Of a stretch of DNA of 5,988 nt, positions 1 through 5,988 are shown one piece after another. The stretch comes from Oopsacas minuta. Taxonomy: Eukaryota > Animalia > Porifera. The notes below the pieces were generated by a model. That model was not told where the DNA came from, made no database searches, and saw nothing but the letters and a program-made list of their open reading frames with translations. The stretch is taken from positions 1 to 5,988 of the forward strand of contig JAKMXF010000198.1 in assembly GCA_024704765.1 (NCBI GenBank), written 5' to 3'. Each line of letters starts with the position of its first letter. The first letter of the stretch is position 1. The position numbers were made by a program, and so were the translations under genes.

Positions 1-2
1 AA

Positions 3-1424
3 GAAATTATTTTTGAAATTTTAGATGCTGATGTCCCGTGGTTTACTTTACTAGAAGATGGCACTAGAGATCGTAACAATATAGAACATGTATCAATTGA
101 ATTCGCTATGTTAGGAAAGGTAAAGTTCTTGAATCTTTAGTTAATGTAGCAACAACTCTCTCTTCAGATGCCAAAACCATGGCTAATTTAACATTGGAGA
201 TCTTGAGAAATAATGGATTAGATTCTAAACGATTACTTTCACAGTGCTATGATGGCACTAGTGTAATGAGTGGTAGAAAAGGAGGTGTTCAAACCCTCAT
301 TCAAGAGAAATTACATCCAAAGGTTCCGTATGTTCATTGTTTCAACCATCGACTTCATTTGGTAATTATGAAATTAATATCTGAAGTTCCAGAACTCAAG
401 ATATCTTTTGGCCAATGTAGAATGTTACACTTAATTCTGAATCATGTCAAAGTTTTATCAATTTATACAGGAACTCGTATTGGCCGTCTTTTAGAACAAA
501 GATGATCAGGACATTTGAAAATCACTGAGACTATTTGTTCTAACTATCAAACTATTATTGAATTGCTTAGAACGGTCCAATGCTCCACAGAATTTAGTGG
601 AGAGCAAGTTGTACAGAGTACTGGTTTGTTGGCCACACTAATTAAGTTAGAGTTCCGTTTTGTTTGATATTTATGAAAAAGCTCCTACTTACAACAGAAC
701 CAGCAGATAAGATCTTACAATCCCGTGATGCAGCCTTAAAAACACCAAAGAAATTATCAATTCTTTGTTTAAAAACATTAATAAGCTTCAAAATCCAGAT
801 GCATTTAGTGGGATAGTTAGCGAGGCCAAAAGTAGACTATTGCATGATGAAAATGATATGTCTCGTCCAATTAGACGCAAAAAAGCTAACTGTTTATACA
901 ACGATTATATTCTTACCGAATCTACAACAAAAGAACATGATACGTTAGAATCATTACTCATAGACACAATTCATATAACATGTCGTGAATTCGAGAGGAG
1001 ATTTTTCGAGAATAACATGTTATTACAAGCAGTTGATTCGATCGAAGAATCTGACATTGATAAGTTGTACCCTTTATCAGAGCTTGGGATTTCGCTTCCC
1101 TCAATTGAAGAATTGTCAGTAGTAAAGAAATTCATGAAAGATAAAATGAATATACTCGAAGAATTGTACAAGTATCGACAGCCGTTTAATAGCACATATA
1201 ATTTGTTTGCTACTGTAGCAACGTTTGGTTGTAGCACTTCTATTTGTGAGTCTTCGTTCTCAGTTCTCACTAGAGTTAGTAGGCCACAGAGAAATATGTC
1301 GGGAATCAGATGTTCCAATTTAGTGTTTCTTGCGTTTGAATCTAGATATACGAAAAAAATGGATATTGAAAAGTTCCTCTTGAAATTTTCTAGGAAGAAG
1401 GATAGAAGACTCCGTTTATTTTAG
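3..1424 (+). pseudogene. hAT transposase (element hAT1; ZMYM1-like/DUF4371 type), 5'-truncated by the window edge and disrupted
   Basis: Stitched frames read WFTLLEDGTRD (D1 at 57-59), SQCYDG (D2 at 251-253), HCFNH (CxxH), RLLEQR*SGH (TGA at 503-505 replacing the conserved RW Trp), PADKILQSRD and GCSTSICESSFS (catalytic E at 1248-1250, dimerisation region), ending RLRLF-TAG at 1424. Frameshifts are inferred at about 97-100, 663-665 and 738-742. Confidence 0.93.
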
Positions 1425-1557
1425 ATATTATATAAATTTATGAGATTAATATAGAATTGTAGTTCATTAGTTCATTGGCCTCCCCAAAAATTAATATAAA
1501 AATCTTAAGTATCCAAGCCCCCACTAAAGTTTAAATAGCCCCTCCTAACACTATGCT

Positions 1558-1572
1558 CTAGCTACGGCCCTG
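1558..1572 (-). repeat. hAT1 right TIR, 15 bp (CTAGCTACGGCCCTG)
   Basis: Exact reverse complement of CAGGGCCGTAGCTAG at 4887-4901. Confidence 0.95.
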
Positions 1573-1580
1573 CCTCAAGG
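1573..1580. repeat. 8-bp target-site duplication CCTCAAGG, copy beside the right TIR
   Basis: Identical 8-mer at 4879-4886 abuts the left TIR. 8 bp is the hAT TSD length. Confidence 0.93.
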
Positions 1581-1815
1581 ATATTTTAGTCCTGGCGCTG
1601 GAAACTGGTCTCCCTATTCTTGCCCCATCTTCAATGGACATTCTACCTTCACGAAAGCGTCTCGCCCAATCAACAACAGTAGAATGTGGAATTGCTGCAT
1701 CCTTATAAACTTCCTCTAAATCTTTGTGGACATCTGTTGGTGAAACTTTGGGCAGTGTTCTGATCTTTACATATGCATTTTGCTCAATTCTGAAATCTGT
1801 ACTTTTTGAAGCCAT
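1573..1815 (-). pseudogene. mariner transposase, N-terminal DNA-binding domain
   Basis: ATG at 1815 gives MASKSTDFRIEQNAYVKIR...LEEVYKDAAIPHSTVVDWARRFREGRMSIEDGARIGRP, matching the mariner HTH ending in W..RF..GR.S.ED..R.GRP. Confidence 0.92.
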
Positions 1816-1980
1816 CAAAAATGTTACTATAATAAACTGTAAAAATGTAAATAGGTACAATATTAGAACGAGACATCAGACTCGAACACGCTTTGCATTG
1901 TTGAATTCACAATGGATAGATTGTCATTAGAAAATTCAGTTTGATCTGGGTCGAAATATCCCGACTTAGAAAATTTGGAA

Positions 1981-2007
1981 TAACGACTACTTATTGGACG
2001 CCCGTAG
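1981..2007 (-). repeat. mariner 5' TIR (inner limit approximate)
   Basis: Reads CTACGGGCGTCCAATAAGTAGTCGTTA on the minus strand, next to a TA. The partner TIR is not visible, so its length cannot be fixed. Confidence 0.7.
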
Positions 2008-2488
2008 TATAATGCTTCGTTAAGGCCGAATCGTTGATAAAGACTCTTAATTTCAGATTCACCGTATCCAAGTTGATATCCAATAGGCCAGCTATCTTTG
2101 TTCAAAATATTGAACTCAACTCACAAGAGTATTGTTAATATTTTGAGCAGTTGGCAACCTGGAAAATGTAGTAACAAATAATCTGTCCTTAATCCTGTTG
2201 GCAAGACATTCCAGAAATCTCTGCTTATTAATGGTTACAATATTCTGATTATGATGGGTTATACTGTGAATTGACAGAGAATGAACTGCAGTTTGAACTT
2301 CAAAAGATTTAGAACCCAATGTAAATTGCAGTACCTCTAAACATTAATTGTTCTACGTATTAATTTATCGGCACTGATAATGGTCATCTCTCGATTTTGG
2401 AGTATCTGTGAGAGGTTTGAGAATTCATATAGGGCATCAAACATTAAAGCAAGCTTTGTTAAAACTCAGGAGAACGCATGCGTCTTAA
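2008..2488 (-). pseudogene. Second hAT-type transposase fragment (hAT2; KIAA1586-like insertion-domain region)
   Basis: Stitched minus frames read LRRMRSPEF/LTKLALMFDALYEFSNLSQILQNREMTIISADKLIRRTINV/LEVLQ...INKQRFLECLANRIKDRL...LVS/EFNILNKDSWP...GYGESEIKSLYQRFGLNEAL. This fits the hAT LALM.D.L.E.S.LS..LQ and IL....WP...YGE.EI..L..RF.L patterns. Three inferred frameshifts. Bounded by TA (mariner) and TTAA (piggyBac). Confidence 0.75.
2485..2488. repeat. TTAA piggyBac target site
   Basis: TTAA immediately precedes the piggyBac terminus CACGTTGACTGCC and forms the last readable codons of hAT2 (tta aga). Confidence 0.85.
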
Positions 2489-3323
2489 CACGTTGACTGC
2501 CAAATACGAGATATCCCGTTTCTGATGATATACCTGGATTACCAGCTGCGAGATATATCGTAATTTGATTAGTTTTCTTCTTTTTCCCTACACACTCAGA
2601 TACATCTATATATACGTTGTCACTATTATTTCAGCTAAGTATTCAATCATTTATGATCCGCCTAATAGGATCTTTCCCAAATAATGTGTTAGCAATAATA
2701 TTAGTATGCAAATATTACAAGAATATTTTCGGGAAAAGATAAAATTTGAATGAGTAATGTGGAACATATTTAGATTAAGAAGTCCCAAAATTCGCTGCTA
2801 CTAACTATTAATAGATATTTTCATTAATCCAGGTTATTACAATGTGTGGAATAAGCGAAAACATAGGTCAACATATAACTCAGGGTGTTCTTCGCATGAA
2901 TCACAACAATATCTTGATTCTCGTCTAATCCCATTATGCTTACATACTTAACATGGTTTAGTTGGAAATTTTTTCTTGACTGTAGGAGGGATAGACCGAG
3001 GGAAATGTGACTCTTTGGAAGATAAGATCTTTGTTCTTGAATTTGAAGCAACCTCACCAACCAGATGCGTGATTATACCTTCCCGAAAATCTAACAACCG
3101 CATTTTATTCGATTGTCTCCTTTCATACATAGAGAACATAGTGAGCATTAAAATAAACATCTCGATCATATGTAGTGCAACTTTCTTATACCATCTAACC
3201 GTTTTTCTTAAACTACTATGGTATGACAGCATTTGATCTGATCGATCAACACCTGACATTCCTTTTTAATAATCTCTGACAGTTATTTGCTTTTGTCTGC
3301 GGATTCCGTATTTGTTCTGGACA
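2489..3323 (-). mobile_element. piggyBac transposon, 3' part, truncated by the hAT3 insertion
   Basis: TTAA|CACGTTGACTGCC terminus, subterminal near-palindromes at 2506-2519 and 2548-2561, about 350 bp of 3' non-coding sequence, then the transposase C-terminus. Confidence 0.88.
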
Positions 3324-3325
3324 CA
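2837..3325 (-). pseudogene. piggyBac transposase C-terminal part (third catalytic Asp and cysteine-rich domain)
   Basis: VQNKYG...VRDY*KGMSGVDRSDQMLSY (the YN..MGGVD..DQ motif), RKTVRWYKKV, LLDFRE, then PTKPC*VCKHNGIRRESRYCCDSCEEHPELYVDLCFRLFHTL-TAA. In-frame TAA at 3266-3268 and 2948-2950. One CRD Cys position reads Tyr. Confidence 0.93.
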
Positions 3326-3765
3326 TAGGCGTAGCGTAAGTATGGCAAGGTGGGGCATGTGCCCCACCACTTTTTATGCAACTAATCTAATGAGACTTTA
3401 TATTTACAAATTAGTTTGGGCACGTAGTATTTCGCAATGGCTGCTCAGATCGAGAAAGACTCGGAGACTGAGATAGCTAGGGACAGTGGAAGCGAAAAGG
3501 AGACTCAAAGTACAAATTTCAAACAGGCATCACTCTTTACATTGTGGGGGGGATCCGGGAGAGATTCAGCTTCAAAGGACAGCGAGACAGCCAGTGCCGA
3601 CTCGCAAGAACCCGTTGAAGGTATTGATTCACCAGGACAGAACCAAAATTCCGATTCGAGCAAACAACTTGAACGTATCGTCAGTGATGGTCACAGTGGT
3701 GGAGAGTCAGACCCTCTAGATCCAGCCAATGGTCCAATTGCTGCTAATCAATGGGAGGGGCCATA
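3324..3765 (+). mobile_element. Probable third hAT-type element (hAT3), left end, inserted in the piggyBac ORF
   Basis: piggyBac coding stops abruptly. CATAGGCGTAGC followed by the G/C palindrome GGTGGGGCA-TG-TGCCCCACC resembles hAT left ends, including that of hAT1. The start could be 3324 or 3326. No partner TIR or TSD is visible, so the superfamily is inferred. Confidence 0.6.
3437..3765 (+). CDS. Open 5' part of a probable hAT3 transposase (Ser/Asp/Glu-rich disordered N-terminus), running into the gap
   Basis: ATG about 110 bp inside the putative TIR, with 109 uninterrupted codons. It contains KQASLFTLW and a PLDP..GP segment. No catalytic motif is visible. Confidence 0.5.
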
Positions 3766-4451
3766 NNNNNNNNNNNNNNNNNNNNNNNNNNNNNNNNNNN
3801 NNNNNNNNNNNNNNNNNNNNNNNNNNNNNNNNNNNNNNNNNNNNNNNNNNNNNNNNNNNNNNNNNNNNNNNNNNNNNNNNNNNNNNNNNNNNNNNNNNNN
3901 NNNNNNNNNNNNNNNNNNNNNNNNNNNNNNNNNNNNNNNNNNNNNNNNNNNNNNNNNNNNNNNNNNNNNNNNNNNNNNNNNNNNNNNNNNNNNNNNNNNN
4001 NNNNNNNNNNNNNNNNNNNNNNNNNNNNNNNNNNNNNNNNNNNNNNNNNNNNNNNNNNNNNNNNNNNNNNNNNNNNNNNNNNNNNNNNNNNNNNNNNNNN
4101 NNNNNNNNNNNNNNNNNNNNNNNNNNNNNNNNNNNNNNNNNNNNNNNNNNNNNNNNNNNNNNNNNNNNNNNNNNNNNNNNNNNNNNNNNNNNNNNNNNNN
4201 NNNNNNNNNNNNNNNNNNNNNNNNNNNNNNNNNNNNNNNNNNNNNNNNNNNNNNNNNNNNNNNNNNNNNNNNNNNNNNNNNNNNNNNNNNNNNNNNNNNN
4301 NNNNNNNNNNNNNNNNNNNNNNNNNNNNNNNNNNNNNNNNNNNNNNNNNNNNNNNNNNNNNNNNNNNNNNNNNNNNNNNNNNNNNNNNNNNNNNNNNNNN
4401 NNNNNNNNNNNNNNNNNNNNNNNNNNNNNNNNNNNNNNNNNNNNNNNNNNN
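3766..4451. other. Assembly gap (686 N)
   Basis: Run of N characters. Confidence 1.
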
Positions 4452-4886
4452 CTGTTATTGTTTGGTATTTGGGGACACAAATCTGGCACACTGCACCATT
4501 AGAATATATAGTACATAACCATCGGGTCCAGAAATTCATGTCGAGGGATCATTGGTGGATCCTGTCTTTTCACCACCCATACTTTGTTTGCTTCTTTTGA
4601 TAAAGGCTCAGAATAATGTGCCCAAGTCTCGTCACCTGCTACTATCTCAAATAACCTTCTGGAGTCAGCTCGATTAAACTCAGAGAGCAATATCGTAGCG
4701 CATTGGACCCTCTTTGCTTTCTGGCCCTGAGTTAGTAAATGCGGCACCCATCGAGCACATATCTTTCGGAATTTCATATTATCATGTACAATAGCTTGAG
4801 CAGTTCCTGTTGTGATACCAACCGCATTAGCTATCTCCACAAGCGTGAGATGAGGGTCTTCTTCAAGTAACACGGATACCTCAAGG
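4452..4886 (-). pseudogene. mariner transposase, continuation (second HTH, WVPHLL linker, first catalytic Asp), running into the gap
   Basis: LEVSVLLEEDPHLTLVEIANAVGI...KICARWVPHLLTQGQKAKRV...IVAGDETWAHYSEP...VMYYIF, then a frameshift near 4500 to NGAVCQICVPKYQTIT. It joins the 1573-1815 half exactly through CCTCAAGG. Confidence 0.93.
4879..4886. repeat. 8-bp TSD CCTCAAGG, copy beside the left TIR
   Basis: Identical to 1573-1580. Confidence 0.93.
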
Positions 4887-4901
4887 CAGGGCCGTAGCTA
4901 G
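4887..4901 (+). repeat. hAT1 left TIR (CAGGGCCGTAGCTAG)
   Basis: 15/15 inverted match to 1558-1572. Confidence 0.95.
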
Positions 4902-4960
4902 GGGGGGCTGAGCCCCCCCTGGAAAAATTTGTGCCCCCCCCTTACCAAATTTAACCGCGC
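4887..4960 (+). mobile_element. hAT1 left end (inner limit uncertain)
   Basis: TIR followed by GC-rich subterminal sequence: palindrome at 4900-4920 and a C8 run at 4934-4941. Confidence 0.85.
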
Positions 4961-5102
4961 CATAAATTTTGCTAAGCTATATTGATCTTTACTGTCTTAG
5001 GTCTTGAATATCAGTTAAATCAAGGAAATGTTTGTGAATATATCAAATTGACTATACATTCCAGTTGTCTAATTCCTATTGCTAGTTAATATACTTAATT
5101 CA

Positions 5103-5459
5103 TTGGATGCTCTTACAGCGACCATTGAAATTATATTTTTGTTTTATATGACCACAACATATATTCCTTCCAGTCTATTACATTTGATGTGCGAATTGAG
5201 AAATCATTCCTCATGGCTATAATCACCATACATAGAAACACGTAGTCTCTTGATTTTTTAAAATGATCAAGAATCCTCCTTTGATGTTTTCTTATAATGC
5301 AAATAATTTTGTTCCTGTTCTTTCTCCTTTTAATTTTAGTTCTGTCAAATTGTTAATAATTTTGATTTCGTATTCAATGTAGTTTGTGATTATATTACTA
5401 TGGATAATTTTATTTCCTTTGATAGCTCTCTTTCTGATCCCTTGAATAGTATTGAAATA
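5103..5459 (-). pseudogene. Unidentified degraded ORF fragment
   Basis: About 119 codons in three stitched segments (5459-5274 with one TAA at 5292-5294, 5271-5134, 5138-5103): YFNTIQGIRKRAIKGNKIIHSNIITNYIEYEIKIINNLTELKLKGERTGTKLFAL*ENIKGG/LDHFKKSRDYVFLCMVIIAMRNDFSIRTSNVIDWKEYMLWSYKTK/YNFNGRCKSIQ. Family not recognised. Confidence 0.45.
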
Positions 5460-5988
5460 CCGGGTGTTTCAAAAAAAACAGGCTCCAAAACCATGAGCCA
5501 TATTTCAGACGATTCTATATATTCAGATATACCATTAATAACTAGTATAAATATACTACTTTTTTACAATATAACTAAGGGAAAAGGTTGAAATTACTGA
5601 AATACCCAACTTATAGCATGTGTTCTAGGTGCCCGCCATTAACTTCCATGCATTCTCTTAGTCTCTTCACAAAATTCTTCATTACATCCATGCACACTGA
5701 CTTTGGAATCTTTCCCATTTGATCCTTAATGGATATTTTTAGTTCTCTGATGCTCTGGGGTTTGTTAGCATATACTTTATCCTTCAAATAGCCCCAAAGA
5801 TAGAAATCAAGGGGGGCTCAGGTCCGGGCTGTGAGGGGTCCACTCAAAGGGGGTCAGTTGACTGATGATTCTGGTTCCAAAGTGGTTTGTAAGCCATTCC
5901 CTAGCAATTAATGAGGTATGGGCAGGGGCTCCATCCTGCTGGAACCATAATTTGGGTAGTAGAGAGGGGTAGAGTGATTCCACTTCTT
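5460..5988 (-). mobile_element. Tc1/mariner DD41D (rosa/VS-like) element, 3' part
   Basis: TA at 5458-5459 followed by CCGGGTGTTTCAAAAAAAAC, a TA-C(A/C)GGGTG-type TIR about 150 bp downstream of the transposase stop. Confidence 0.85.
5611..5986 (-). pseudogene. DD41D transposase C-terminus with one +1 frameshift
   Basis: LWFQQDGAPAHTSLIAREWLTNHFGTRIISQLTPFEWTPHSPDLSP/LDFYLWGYLKDKVYANKPQSIRELK...KNFVKRLRECMEVNGGHLEHML-TAA. There are 41 residues between D2 and D3 after removing one G from G6 at 5811-5816. Confidence 0.9.

Larger units (their letters stand above)
1..1572 (+). mobile_element. hAT1 DNA transposon, 3' (right) part
   Basis: The transposase is followed by about 130 bp containing C-rich subterminal motifs (GGCCTCCCC, AGCCCCC, AGCCCCTCC), then the terminal inverted repeat ending at 1572. 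Confidence 0.92.
1573..2007 (-). mobile_element. mariner element, 5' half (5' TIR, leader, N-terminal HTH region)
   Basis: The minus strand begins TA|CTACGGGCGTCCAATAAGT, a mariner-like TIR with TA at 2008-2009 (alternative TA at 2005-2006). It leads into the transposase N-terminus, which is cut at the hAT TSD. Confidence 0.88.

Noticed and set aside
971-1318. Minus-strand 115-aa ORF, and similarly 1724-1930, 2976-3236, 2824-3060 and 3486-3719
   Set aside because: These are antisense or alternate-frame shadows of transposase genes with no independent motifs.
2010-2135. Death-domain-like look of NKDSWPIGYQLGYGESEIKSL
   Set aside because: It is colinear with upstream hAT (KIAA1586-like) motifs and is better explained as part of hAT2.
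2474-2483. Palindrome ACGCATGCGT beside the TTAA, resembling T. ni piggyBac ACGCA/TGCGT motifs
   Set aside because: It lies outside the element, within hAT2 coding sequence (RRMR). A single 10-mer is compatible with chance.
503-3268. Alternative genetic code (TGA=Trp at 503-505; in-frame TAA at 2948-2950 and 3266-3268)
   Set aside because: Trp is encoded by TGG at other conserved sites. TAG or TAA serves as the natural stop of hAT1, piggyBac and DD41D. One in-frame TAA sits at a conserved Asn position, and frameshifts co-occur. Ordinary nonsense mutations explain the data.
3437-4600. Long ORFs in the track spanning 3716-4600
   Set aside because: They are artefacts of translating through the N gap. 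Only 3437-3765 (+) and the mariner frames (-) are real sequence.
4951-4961. TTAACCGCGCC as another piggyBac terminus
   Set aside because: There is no CCC/CAC TIR pattern, partner end or associated piggyBac coding sequence.
5400-5591. 63-aa plus-strand ORF (MDNFISF...) as the start of the hAT1 transposase
   Set aside because: It reads across the TA junction into the DD41D TIR, so it is chimeric, and its first 20 codons carry no hAT motif.
1-5988. Prokaryotic IS, CRISPR or defence system, or an endogenous virus
   Set aside because: No repeat-spacer array, operon structure or viral hallmark gene is present, and all recognised proteins belong to eukaryotic DNA transposon families.

Overview
This is AT-rich eukaryotic (probably animal) repeat DNA with no host gene, RNA gene or CRISPR array. 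Almost the whole window is a nest of mostly degraded cut-and-paste DNA transposons, with a 686-N assembly gap at 3766-4451. Six elements are identifiable: three hAT-type, two Tc1/mariner (one mariner, one DD41D rosa/VS-like) and one piggyBac. Most junctions fall on the expected target signature (TA, TTAA, 8-bp TSD). The main oddity is that the two ends of one hAT insertion, and the two halves of the mariner it split, are in permuted order. The right TIR plus TSD CCTCAAGG lies at 1558-1580 and the same TSD plus left TIR lies at 4879-4901, so the ends face outward. This implies a tandem duplication, a circular molecule or a scaffolding mis-order. An unidentified degraded minus-strand ORF (5103-5459) lies just inside the hAT left end. 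All family assignments come from motif recognition by eye; no searches were run.
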